This document shows positions 33,769 to 45,962 of a stretch of DNA of 64,000 nucleotides, one piece after another; positions within the stretch are counted from its first letter, which is position 1; every line of letters starts with the position of its first letter. Origin of the DNA: Azolla caroliniana (taxonomy: Eukaryota; Plantae; Polypodiophyta); assembly GCA_043228905.1 (NCBI GenBank), contig JBHGNT010000017.1, forward strand, positions 1,612,001 through 1,676,000, written 5' to 3'. The notes below the pieces were generated by a model. That model had not been told where the DNA came from. It was given only the letters and a program-made list of their open reading frames with translations, and ran no database searches. The position numbers and the translations under genes are program-made.

Positions 33769-34242
33769 AAGCGTAGATGTCTGCAGTAGAGGTTCTCAAC
33801 CCACGCGCTCTGATACCATGTAGAAGATTGCTTGCGGAAGCGTTAGAAAGAACAATACACAAAGAGAGAGAGAGAGAGAGTACACGGGAGAGAGAGAGAG
33901 AGAGCAAAACACACTATTTTCCAACATTATATGAATACTCTGTGCTCTATATCTACAACGCGCTCATCAGCGCTATTTATACAAGTCCACACAAGACTGT
34001 TAGAAGTACGGTGTACTTCAATGCTCACACGAGCATCTGACACTAACTACGAGACTATAACTGCCTAGTAGTCTAACCTATAGTAGGCTTCCGGTTACAG
34101 ATCTGATTCGGCATACCGGCTCCCCAGCTCACCTGTCCTTACTGCTTACCGGCTCGGTTGCTCACCGGCATACCGATTCATCTCACTTATCGGCTTAGGC
34201 TTATTCAGTCGATCCGGCTCCGGTTGAGCTTGCCGCTCAACA

Positions 34243-36530
34243 CTCCCCCCACGGTCTCACGTTGCCACGCTAGCCGAACTGCCGGAGTCTCCGGTCTGGT
34301 GTGGGGATCCCGTAGGACCGGAATTCCTTATGCCCATGACCTTGCTGGTAGGTCCGATTCGGCTCGTAGCCGCCTCGCCGGCTTGATACCTTCCTGCTCT
34401 GCTTTTCGTCGTCCGATCACCGTCCCTTCCTATAGGACTCACGCCGGTACTCAGGCCGATCGTCGGATCAGTGTGAGGATCTTCGCGGGACCTCCCCTTC
34501 TGGCTTCGGTTGCCCACCTTGTTGCCGCCACCGTTCCTTACTCTAGGTCTCATGCAGGCTCTCGTTGCCGGCTACCGGAGTCTCTAGAACCGGTGTGTGT
34601 AAGGTCGCAACATCACCGCTCTGCCTTCACCATCCTCCGCATCGGCCTCTTCGGCTGGTCGCGTTCACCTGCCGCCACCGATCTCTCCTATAGGACTCAC
34701 GTCGGCACTCGGGCCGACAGCGGACGGTCGGAAGGGTGTGCCAATGGCTAGATGACGAGCAAGCCGAGAAGGCAAAGGGAAAGGCGCGAGTCGGTGTGCC
34801 ATCACAGCGAGAAGAGGCCGAATGGCAAAGAGAGTCATCAAGGCTCGGGTTTGGGGCCAGGATTGCGGAGGCGTACGCAGCTCTCGAGGCGATGCTGCAA
34901 AGAGGAAAGATCGAGGCTGCAAGCCGACGCCGAGGACCCGAACTTGCCCCACGATATGGTAGAAGACCGGTAGGACGGGAGAGGGTGCGAAACAAAACGC
35001 CCTCTCGACTTGCGGAGATAGAACGGCCGAGGACGAGGCCAAGATACCGATCGCGGAATCGGAACATTGCGACCGGCGGTTACGGGCACGTTAACCCGAA
35101 ACCCCGAACATTGGAAAAGCAAACCCATGCGGGTCTTGCGCGATCGGTAAGGAGATGACCGCCGACCATGAAGAGTCGGTGGCTACGGACAAGGGCGTAA
35201 AACAGACAGGCGATTCTTCGCGTCTTCCCACACTTGCTCTCGAGATGATGGTAGTCGGGCCCGAGTGCCCACGTGAGTCCCGAGAGGAGGAAGGCAGCGG
35301 TGTGAGACCAAGAATCACCGGAGTCCAACAAGGTCGGCATCGGAGCCGAAACTCCGGACATTGGAGAATCAAGCCCAAGAGGGGTTTGGTTGATCACAGT
35401 TCGGATGCTTTCCACAGACACCACTAAAAGGGTCGGTGGTCCCGGATGAGTCACCGAAAGACGTTGCGAAATTGGTTACCCCACATCCTGTCCGGAGACT
35501 TCGGCAGTTCGGCCGACGTGGCAACATGAGACCAAAAGAGATGGAAGATGGAGGCGGGAACGCACCAAGGAGAGCGACGACGAGTTCGGGAGAAGTATAG
35601 ACGATGAAGAGGAGAACGAAGACCGGTCCTACGGAGATCCTCACACTGATCCGTGCCGGCGTGAGTCCTATAGGAGAGTTTGGTGGCGACAGGAGAACGG
35701 GACCCGACAATCCAGAGAATAACAGTCAGACCTGGACGAGAACCGGGCTGGGCGGACTTCCGGATAACCGATCTGGAAGGGAGATAGAGGCAAGCCTACA
35801 AAGAGGCCGGGAACATGGTATGATGGTACGACGAGGGAGGGTGGGGAGCAAGCCACCCTCTCGACATGCGGAGATAGACGACCCAGGATAAGGGTCGGAG
35901 ATACGACAAGCCGGAGGAGGATCCTTCACACAAGTTCTAGAGGCTCCAACGGTCGGCACGAGAGACTTTGCGAAATTGGTTACCCCACATCCTGTCCAGA
36001 GACTTCGGCAGTTCGGTCGACGTGGCAACATGAGACCAAAAGAGATGGAAGATGGAGGCGGGAACGCACCAAGGAGAGCGACGACGAGTTCGGGAGAAGT
36101 ATAGACGATGAAGAGGAGAACGAAGACCGGTCCTACGGAGATCCTCACACCGATCCGTGCCGGCGTGAGTTCTATAGGAGAGTTCGGTGGCGACAGGAGA
36201 ACGGGACCCGACAATCCAGAGAATAACAGTCAGACCTGGACGAGAACCGGGCTGGGCGGACTTCCGGATAACCGATCTGGAAGGGAGATAGAGGCAAGCC
36301 TACAAAGAGGCCGGGAACACGATATGATGGTACGACGAGGGAGGGTGGGGAGCAAGCCACCCTCTTGACATGCGGAGATAGACGACCTAGGATAAGGGTC
36401 GGAGATACGACAAGCCGGAGGAGGATCCTTCACACAAGTTCTGGAGGCTCCAACGGTCGGCACGAGACCTAGAGTGACGATCAGTGGCGGCGAGGGGATG
36501 AAGGCAAAGAACTGCGAATGGGCGGTTTGT
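34243..36530. mobile_element. Element C1 continuation: minus orientation 34243-~34724, then an inverted (plus) segment ~34725-36530
   Basis: Homology to C2 ~30730-30960 (reverse), then to C2 ~28978-30710 (forward). Confidence 0.82.
35464..36466. repeat. Two-copy tandem repeat, period 504 bp
   Basis: ttgcgaaattggttaccccacatcc starts at 35464 and 35968; duplicated ORF translations 35604/36108 and 35668/36172. Confidence 0.93.
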
Positions 36531-36704
36531 GCATCTAGAATACATGCATCCCTTGACACCAAGATGCTCAACATTCGATAAATGAACACAAAACAAAGAA
36601 AGAATGTGAGTGCAAACTTTCTCAGTTAGTTGGAATAGGGGAGAAGCTAAAGAAGAGGAGGTAGGAAACTTCCTCAACACCAAGATGTTGAACATTCGAT
36701 ACGG

Positions 36705-37353
36705 TGTCACGTTACTATTCGCGTGCGTGGAGAAACGAGGCGGGACCACCGGGGTCTTGAACCAAAGAGCAGGTGATTGAAGGGGAAAGAGAAAGAGAGA
36801 GACGCCCGGTGACGTATGAGCAAAGAAACACAGGGGCACGACCTGTCAACGCGGAAGACACGAACGGACACAGAGATAGAGAGACACGAATGTTTGTATA
36901 TTAACAAATGACACAAAAACAATAGAGCACGCGAGCGGTTACAACCGAACAGGCCGGCGAACAGATGCTGATGCCTGCTCGTCTGCGCATGAAAGGGGAT
37001 AGGATGGAGGTGCTGCCGGAAGCACACAGGCGTTCCTCGAAGCTGCGCGAGCCTCCCGAAAACCTGCAGAGAAGAGCGATGGAGAACGAACAGAGGAGAA
37101 GCGTTCGGTTTTGGTTCGACAACACTTCGTCCTCCTCAATGCCCTATCCTCTCTCCCCGCGTCTCCCTCTCTTTTATTGCTTCAAGAAGGGAGCCGTTTC
37201 CTTCATTAACTTCCTACCTACCGAATCTAACTACCCAGGATATACCCATGTACCTAATTCTCTATTATATACATAAAAGGGCGCGCACGCGTGAAGAGCC
37301 GGTTCACACGTGCTATGCACCGATTGCGCTAAGGGACAGTTTTCTTCACGACA
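36705..37353 (-). mobile_element. Solo LTR of a family C relative
   Basis: TG...CA termini homologous to C LTR ends; 4-bp TSD ACGG (36701-36704 / 37354-37357); no PBS or PPT adjacent. Confidence 0.88.
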
Positions 37354-37687
37354 ACGGGAGGGAATGAGACCAACATGGTCACTACTACTGTATGAGTCCT
37401 TTGCAAGCCAACGATCGTCAAGAACTTAGTGCAAGGATAAGAGGAATCAATTTGGGGTTATGTAGGCGTACGTACGGATAGGTGCACATGGATTCAAGAT
37501 GGAGTGAGTTGGGGAAGCATTGCCGAAGCAAGGCGGCATTGAGCTTTGTAATGTCAATTATGTATGGAGCGAGGTGCACGAGAAGCAACTAAGCTTTCAT
37601 GAAGGTTGTTATTATACATGGTATTGTTATTTGATGTGGGAAGAGAAAAGGTTAACATACGTAACTGTAGATAAGAGGGGGGAAGAT

Positions 37688-37727
37688 ATCCCACATAGGG
37701 AATCCTGCTTACCTGAGCCTATAAGTA
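37688..37727 (+). promoter_or_regulatory. U2 promoter: USE ATCCCACATAG (37688-37698) and TATAAGTA (37720-37727)
   Basis: Plant USE consensus match; TATA starts at -33. Confidence 0.9.
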
Positions 37728-37752
37728 TGGAAGTAGAACCTCAGCAAGAATC

Positions 37753-37947
37753 ATACCTTTCTCGGCCTTTTGGCTAAGATCAAGTGTAGTATCTGTTCTT
37801 ATCAGTTTAATATTTGATACGTGGCCTATAAGGCCACATGATATTAACCTAATTTCTTTCATAGGGGCAGCACCCGTTCGAGGCAGCTTGCTGTCTCTGG
37901 GAGCCTTGGTATTGCACTAACGCCTAGGTCATACAGGCGTGCCCCCC
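37753..37947 (+). ncRNA. U2: U2 spliceosomal snRNA (variant Sm site and 3' domain; could be a pseudogene)
   Basis: ATACCTTTCTCGGCCTTTTGGCTAAGATCAAGTGTAGTATCTGTTCTTATCAG 5' end with branch-point recognition sequence GTAGTA; SLIIb GTGGCC/GGCCAC; SLIV loop ATTGCAC; ~195 nt. Confidence 0.93.
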
Positions 37948-38832
37948 TAACAAAAATCACGACCAAAATGTTATATCTGGAAGAATAAATGATGAACAAA
38001 TAAATAGTACGAGAATGTCCTCCAATTCCTTATATTCTGTAAGATAGGTAAACTGAACCTTCCTACTCGTTTGGAGTACCAGATGAATGTGGACGGAATA
38101 TGTATGTGGAAGCTAAACATGTGTTTAGTAAAATTACTGATGCGCGTGATCCGAACACCAACAGGTTGAAGATCTATGGACATTGACATGGAAGGTGTTT
38201 AGCTGGGAAGGGCCCATAATAGATAATACATTGATCTGACCAAGTCCGTTGCATTCACACGGCAAATCCTTGACAACGGGACGCTCTCTATTCTCTGATT
38301 GGGGCCACGAAGGCGGCCGTAACCTAAACAAGAAATGAATGGGTAATACCCAGTGTAGGCAGGCCTAGCTGGTAGCCCGTTTGCCTACATTCTCTTTACA
38401 CCTCCTATTGGTTGGGGTATGTATACCCATGATTTTCCGCACCCGTATAATGGTAAGAATTTGGCGGCATCTATAGCATGTCCAGGAGTGTATAGGCATG
38501 CCATGTGATGCTTCCTACCAGACTGATCTATAGATATATTTATATGCCTCCATGATTCTGTATGTCTGTCTCTATTATATATTTATATATATATTTGCCT
38601 CCACTCTGTATCTTCAATGTCCCCCCCCTCCCTATCGTTTGTTTATCTCTCCTGTATATACTTATCCATGACCACTCCACCCCATGTGTGTTATTTACAT
38701 ACATGTACTCCCTCTACCACGTCACGTTTACACCATATCTGCTATTTGCATTACAACATCGATACAAACTCCCCATATCTCTATTTACAGCCAAAATTTC
38801 GGTATGACATTCAGAATTTAATTCGATTGAGA

Positions 38833-38996
38833 AAGGGGCCGCGCGAACGCGAGCCCCCGCTTCCACAAATTATGACGTGCACTCTCCCACATTGGGGAGA
38901 TGCTAGGGCAAACAGCCCCTCCGGCAGTGCAATGGAGGCGCCGGCCCTAAGCCATCGGCCTTGCTGATCACCGATAGACCCCGCCCAGGTAAGTAT
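38833..38996 (-). ncRNA. U1: U1 spliceosomal snRNA
   Basis: Nearly identical to 663-826 (about 3 differences, near the 3' end). Confidence 0.97.
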
Positions 38997-39022
38997 GTTT
39001 TCCTGCAGCTCACAGCCCTCCA

Positions 39023-39061
39023 TTTATAGCTCCCTTCCTCCCCGTCCTCTCTATGTGGGAC
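39023..39061 (-). promoter_or_regulatory. U1 promoter: USE (39061-39051) and TATAAA (39028-39023)
   Basis: Identical to the promoter at 853-891. Confidence 0.93.
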
Positions 39062-39234
39062 AAATAGAAGATACTCTCTCTTGAGTCTCTCTCTATCTAC
39101 ACTTTTCCATTTATGTAATGTTCTTGTTTTCATGTATTCATTCACTATGACGCACGCACTACTTATTTTTTCAACAAATGTACATATATCATTGCTAGTG
39201 CCACTCTTTTCTATAGTAGAATAAATTTGTTCCA

Positions 39235-40780
39235 TTAGATTTGGTTGATGGCTTGCATCTTTTTGTCTCTAGGCTGAGCCAAGATTGTACCTATTGTGAA
39301 AGTCTGACATGTTTGGGTGCACATGAACTTATTTTCCCAACTTCGTGATCAAGATGGTGGTGCTCTAGTTAGTATTCCTTGAGTAAATGAAACGCTTTGG
39401 TGCATTCCTTAGGTCAATTTAAACTCTTCAAGGAGTCCATAGAGAAATGTTGCACCTTCTTGGCGAACATTTTAGTGAAACACTAATAATAACTTGTGTA
39501 CCCCATCATGCATGCACATCCTTCTTGTTGGTTTATGGGGTGGCACGTTTGATATCCATTTAACTTTAGCCTTGTTAGGCAAATGTATTTGCGCATAAAA
39601 AATGAGTCAAAATGCAATTGATATTGCACTCATTTTGAATCAATCACTTAGTAAGGTTAAGTGCTCTTCCGAATGGACTTGCAATAGAGCCCATTTACAT
39701 GGAGATGGATACGCGATTTGCCCCATGTTTAAAACTGCTTATGACATTGGTGGGTTTAAATGGCATTTGTTTGTACTGAAAAATGCCAAACTTTGTGTCA
39801 AAGGTTGTCTCTATATTGATATTGGGGTGCAACAGTCATTTGATTGTACCATGAGAATATGTTAATGGAACTACATGCTTCTTTGTTTGTTGCATGTGTT
39901 AAGAGGTGCTTGAGGTATGACATCAAGTAGTTATCTCAACTAGTGTCTTTGTTAACCTTACAAAAATCAATGCATATCTTGACTTTGTTGTTCTTCTTGA
40001 ACAACTATAATGAAGAATACACACGTAGTATGATGGATATGCTATTCCAACACAAAATACAACAAAGGGCTTAGAACGAAATGAATCAAGATTGATGCAT
40101 AATTTGGGAGAGTGTTTTGTATCTTGTATCATTCTTAATGAGGGGGTTTCCCATTACACTTTTGAATTTTGTTAGACAAGGATGGCTATTAAGCCATTTA
40201 ATATTTGTTGTTTGCTTGTGTAGCACGTCTAATATTTTGGTAATGTTGCACAATGTGACTATAGATGGAGATTTGATATGATTTTCCTTAACATTAGGCA
40301 AATCTAGCATTAGCAAATGATCATATTTTCATTTTAGGAGCCTATGAGATGACATTACAACGGCAAAGCTAGTGTGGGAATCATTTCCCATAGTATCATT
40401 TATGAAGATAAATATGCACAAACTGGTTGTCATGTCATGTATAGAAAGACATAGGCACTTGTTGGACATAGAAAATAGCATATGTGTGTATGTTTTGTAT
40501 CCTATTGGCAATCTTAACGAGGTTCACATTGTGGTAGAGGAAAGGAAAATATGAGTCTTACTTGGGTGGCTTTCGAGTAATATTCATACTCCAAAACAAG
40601 TTGGTGAGACAATATTATTAAATCTTTATGAATATATCATGTATTGCCAATGTGCATTTCTCAAGGCCATGTTTGAGGGTCAACGACGATGGACAAAATA
40701 TGTTGCACTCTTTATAGAGGAAGAAGGTAATACACATGGTAATTACAATTTGCAACCTCTTCATGGCATGTGGTTAATAT
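39235..40780 (-). mobile_element. Old degenerate Ty3/gypsy pol remnant (RT-RNase H)
   Basis: Minus-strand patches translating as WYNQ, TFDTKFGIFQYKQMPF, IGTILAQP; CG-depleted, no long ORF. Confidence 0.6.
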
Positions 40781-40918
40781 CAATAAACAAACTAAAATTG
40801 CAAGGTCCTGGAGTATTTGGTCTTATATCCACTAAACTTGAGGTTTTCACAACATCCCTTCAAGCACAATTTAATTGTATTGCCCAATTGGGTTTGGTTA
40901 TTGTAGGGGATACCTTGT

Positions 40919-41021
40919 TGTTAAGTAATTAGGTAATTAACTAGGGTTAATTAAAGACTAATTATATGGTTACGTTAAGCAGCGGAAGATTAGTATGATA
41001 TGCACGTGAGAGTGTGTGAAA

Positions 41022-41073
<52 letters not shown>

Positions 41074-43915
41074 GTTACACTTATGAAGACGAAGATAAAT
41101 GGGGGATGATTGACTATATTGAAAAGTGTCATCAACATACAAAAATACCTACAATGAGGTATATATACAACCCATGTGCAAAGGTGCACATGTGTGGGTA
41201 GAATATAGGTACTTATGTGTAAGTCCTACATTAAATGTACTAAGGAGTGGAGGATCTAGAATATCCCACTTAAGTACAAGGTCCTATTTAAAGGTTTAAG
41301 GTTAACACATTAACTAGATTCGATCTAGGTAACTACTAAGTTACATGTGTTGACTAACTAGATTAAACTAGTTGAGCTTGATATCTCAACACGCCCCCTC
41401 AAGCTCAAGTGTGAGGCGTCCAACGTCTGGTTTAGCTTCCTTCGGCTTTGTCGGCATCGGTGTGGCTTGCGGCTTTCTTTGCGGCGTTGCGTGGCTTTCA
41501 TCGCGTCTTCACGGCCTCGTTGCGCGGCTCTTCGCGGCTTCGTTGCGTGACTCTTCGCGGCTTCGTTGCGCGGCTCTTTGCGTCTTCGTTGTGCGGCTCT
41601 CTGCGGCTTATTCCCCCCGTCAAGCTTGTGACGAAGTCTTGGATCCTCGAGCTCTTGTTCGGCCACTACCTTCATCGCGAGGGCATAGTGATGGGCCATA
41701 TACTCGTTGTAGGCGTAACGAGTGACTTGGGTCTTTGCTCGTGATGAGCGGCGGAGTTTCTCATTTGTCGATGTGAGTGCCTTCTTTACTCCGAGTGTCC
41801 TCATGATGGGTACACCGAACTCACTGTCTAGTGAACGAGCTGAATCATCCGAATCACGGTCGTCAGGGTGGACCTCGACTTCGTATTGGGGCATCTTACC
41901 TTTGCCTTTGTTCGATTTCGGACTTGGCCGCGACGTGTTTTCATCGCGTGGAGGCTCTTGTGGGCCAATTAGCTCGGTAGAGCTTGGATTGTCCTTCGGT
42001 GGAGGACTTGGCCGAGTTTCGTCGTCTGAGTTGGCATTCAATTCTTCCTCGATCGGGTCGGATGGAGTCGCATCGAGCTTATACCAAGATGCCGATTCGT
42101 CGAAAACTACGTCGTGACTTATCCGCACCGCTCGGGTCGAAGGGTTGAAGCACTTGTACGCCTTTTTCACGGACAAGTATCCTATGACGATACATTCTTC
42201 CGACTTTGCGTCGGGCTTCTCTCGACTTTCGTTCGGGATGCGTACATTCGCAATGCTTCCGAACACCTTGAGGTGCGAGAGAATGGGCTTTCTTCCAACG
42301 AAGATCTCGTATGGAGTAAGCTCGTGCATGCTATTTGTGGTGCATCGATTCATGAGATAGACGACCGTGGATGCCACATCCGCCCAATAGAAGTTCGGCA
42401 TGTGCTTCTCACGCATCATGGCGTGTGCTACCTCGAGTATTTGTCGATTCTTTCTCTCAGCTACTCCGTTTTGTTGGGGAGTGTGTCGGCATGAGAACTC
42501 TCTACGAATGCCTTCACCTTGGAGGTAGGAGGTGAACTCGTCAGAGAAGTACTCCTTTCCTCCTTCCGATCGTAGGCATCGAATGTGCCGACCGGTTTCT
42601 TTCTCCACTTGGCTTTTGAGCCTTTGAAAGTGGGAGAGCACTTCACTCTTCTTCTTCATCGGGTATATCCACGCGTAGCGCGAGTGGTCGTCGATGAAGG
42701 TGACGTAGTAGCGGCATCCGCCGAGCATCAACGTTTGAGCCGGTCCCCATATGTTCGAGTGGATTATGTCAAGGAGGCCTTTGCTTGCGGAGCTCTCCTT
42801 CGGGAATGGGAGTCGATGTTGTTTGCTGAGTTGGCATGCTTTACACACTCGGTTGACTCGTTTCGATTCGAAGGCCGGAAGTCCGATTACGACTCCCTTT
42901 GATTGCATTCTGCAAAGCCGTTGGAGGTTTACGTGGCCGATTCGCTTGTGCCACAACTCGATGTTTGTCTCAGTCTTGAGACCTTTGGCGTACATGGCCG
43001 ATTTTACCTCGTTCAAGTCGAGGATGAACAAGCGACTGTCTCTCCGTCCCTTGGCTATGAGTTGGTCGTCTTTCTTGATGAAGCAACCTTCATTGTTGAA
43101 GTGGACTTGCATGCCTTGCTCCATGATTTGGCTGACCGAGACCAAATTCTTTGTTATTGTGGGCACGTGCAAGACATTCTTGATGCAGGTTTGCTCGCCT
43201 TCTTTCCCGAATGGGACATCGCCAATGTGCCGAATGGGATGCAGAGTGTCGTCTCCGGTCTCTATGTAGCCGGGTCGATCCGGCGTTCGCAAGTCGCGAA
43301 ACCACTCTTGGTGCGACGTCATGTGGTGTGAGGCGTCGGAGTCTACGACCCACGCGTGTTCGGAGTTGGAGGTGCTTGCGGAGTTTGCGGGATCGGAGCC
43401 CATCATAGAGTTCGCTCTATGCCTCATCACGAAGAGTCCGTCGTAGTCCGCGTATTCCGCGTTCGCGGCGTAATTTGTGAGTTGCCGGCTTGTTGAGGCC
43501 GACTCGCTTCATCTTTTTCGGCACTCCTCTTCGCGATGGCCGATTTTGCCGCAATAGTTGCACGTAGGTGGCGTCGTTCGCCCACCTTGTTCGGCGTGGA
43601 AGCTCCCCCTTCTTATGAAGGTTCCTCGATGGCTTCCGTTTCCTTGCCGAAATTGTGAATTCCCTTCGTGGGATAGGTTGAATTGACCTCTCCGCTTCGA
43701 CCTCGTCTATGGGCACCATCTGTATCGGAGAAGAGCATTTGTCCTTCCGATGTGTTGGTCTTTGGTTGAACGTGGTTTTCTTCGACCAATAGCATTGATT
43801 GGAGGTTGAAGAACGAGGGAGGGGTATCTCTCGCCAAGATTGCCGTTCTCAACAGGTTGAATCGTTGTGCGAGGCCGCCCAAGCATACTTGCACCATCTC
43901 ATCTTCATTGATGTT
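40919..43915 (-). mobile_element. Element H: internally deleted Ty1/copia related to D (3' LTR ~40919-41391, PPT, INT-PR-gag fragments; RT and RNase H absent)
   Basis: ORF 41358-43430 has WVVDSDASHH, LWHKRIGH, integrase core and YNEYMAHHY shared with D, then runs straight into the 3' end; PPT cgccccctcaag at 41392. Left LTR boundary approximate. Confidence 0.85.
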
Positions 43916-44758
43916 TGAACAAAAGCCGAATCTGATTTGAAATTCGGGAGACTCGATCCGAAGTTGGACCCGAGTATGTTGATTCGATTTTCAAGATTTT
44001 CGAACACAAAGTATGTGTCGATTATCCATGCCAGTTTTGGTTCAGGTGACTACAACAATGAGAAGGACAATTTCATCTAATCTTTCCGAATGTTGTCTAG
44101 GCGAATGAAGTACAAAAGGGGGTTGTTCTTGGAGCCCAGACATCTACAAGTGATTACGACAAGTGAGTGACTAGCGTCAGGTGACCTATTCGATTGTTGT
44201 CTAATCCAATGTAGTTTGACTGAGGCAGAGCTTGTGAAGTGAAATCTCACTCCAAGCGGCTACAATCACAAGAGTGAAGTGTAGCCGATTGGCTCACTTC
44301 AATGGTGATTTAGAATAGTGGAGTGCAAATTTTGTCAGCGTTTCTCTTCGCGAAAATGATCTTATAGAGATCTTCACGGTGTACAGAAGAAGAGTTGCTG
44401 ATAGCAACTAGATAGACGACAACATCAGAATCGAAAGAACCTCAAGCTTTGATACCACATGTTGGAGATACGGTCGTCTAGTGCAGAACAAATCAACACT
44501 CTTTTGTAAGAAGATCAATAAACTGATACAATCAAGGTAGATTGATGGCAACAGAGACATAGAACAATATGTCACTTAGAACGCAAGAGAGAGAGAGACG
44601 CTGGGCACAAGATGAACTAAGTTATATCAACCAAAGTCAGTTTATATATTGACTAACTTAGGGCAACTGCCCTTCTCACTATTTACATAACTAGCCTAAA
44701 CTTAGTGTGTACAAAAGGAGATAGTGTGAATACGTCCATTAGAGACCCGCATTCAACA
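43916..44758 (-). mobile_element. 5' LTR (44460-44758), iMet PBS and leader of a copia related to element G
   Basis: gctttgatacca at 44446-44457; LTR shares gggcaact.ccctt and gtgaatacgtccatt with the G LTRs. Confidence 0.75.
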
Positions 44759-45962
44759 CGGAGGGCCACCTAGACTTGGCTGAGGTGGGGGATATGAGGA
44801 CTATAGGAGGATAGAGGTCAATCGCTCCTGTGGACTGAGAGCCACCTAGACTTAGCTGAGGTGGGGGACAAGAGGGTTATCGTGTAGGAGGGGGATCGAG
44901 GAAACTCGTGGGACAAGAAGTTAGTGGGCAACCTAAGGTGAGGGGGAAGAGGTGGATGCTTGGACGTGGGGAACAGGTACCCCGCTTCTCCACCAATATG
45001 TGACATGCACATAAGAGATCAAAACCAGTCTAGTTAGCTTCTTACTTCTCACTTAATTTATAGTTGATACAAAGTTACCCATTTGGGTTGGCTTAGCTGA
45101 AAGGGTGGGTCGGCTTAGGTACATGCATCCTAAAATGGGTGTTAAAAGGGTGGCACAAAGGAACACATGCACACCACAATATTATAGGGGGGTGACTCAT
45201 GAGCACATGCTATGCCTTTTTCCTTCAAATGAGGGTATGTTTTTTAGCCAAAAACTAAAGATACCCCTTTTCCGTAAAAGTAAACTATGTCTTTTTCTTG
45301 TAAACATAAATCCCCCCCTTCTAAAAACAAAGAACCTCAACATCAATTATGCAATCCAAATTTATAATTTGCACACTCATAACCATATGATTTGCTCGAC
45401 GACCATGGCTTGTGCACAACATTGCACTCTACGACATTTAATTCAAAAGAGATATGCAATAAAACATATTGCATTAACACTTGGAATACATACAACAAAA
45501 TATGAATGGTGATATGTTGAGTTCACATTGCTTCAAGCTACCACTTTGGTGTTGCTAATACACATCACGTGGAAGCAAGTGCTATTGACTTTGTGGTAGC
45601 TATCTCCATGATATATCAACACTCCAACTTTGTGTATGCTCTCATTCTTTACCCATTCATGCATTTAAATCTTGGTGCAATCATGTATATCCATGCACAA
45701 GTGTATGTTTTGTACTATGGATTGCCCTAAATAATCAAAAAGATCATCATGGCATACCCTAAGGGCTAGAACGGCCTTGGCACATCACTCTACGTGTATT
45801 CTATGTTATTAATATGAATGAAGGCGTCTACATGATGATTCAGTAACCCATTAGAGAAAATTCGTAAAATGGTTGCTAAGACACGGTACTTTCAATTGTA
45901 ATTGCAATAAGTTTTTAACCAACAAGAAAATGACAAATGCCCTTGTTAGCTTATCTTAAGTT

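Larger units (their letters stand above)
7664..34242 (-). mobile_element. Element D: degenerate Ty1/copia interrupted by three younger elements
   Basis: LTRs 7664-8085 and 33819-34242 (~18 substitutions by eye plus microsatellite differences); tRNA-iMet PBS tggtatcagagc at 33818-33807; PPT at 8086-8099; gag-PR-INT-RT-RH fragments in copia order. Confidence 0.93.

Noticed and set aside
37708-37715. CTTACCTG (U1 5'-end-like) inside the U2 promoter spacer
   Set aside because: An 8-mer with no further U1 similarity; expected by chance.
37985-38060. Possible C/D box snoRNA (ATGATGA ... CTGA) downstream of U2
   Set aside because: No terminal stem or recognisable rRNA/snRNA guide.
38352-38390. Hairpin tgtaggca...tgcctaca between U2 and U1
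   Set aside because: Single 8-bp stem with no promoter or other support.
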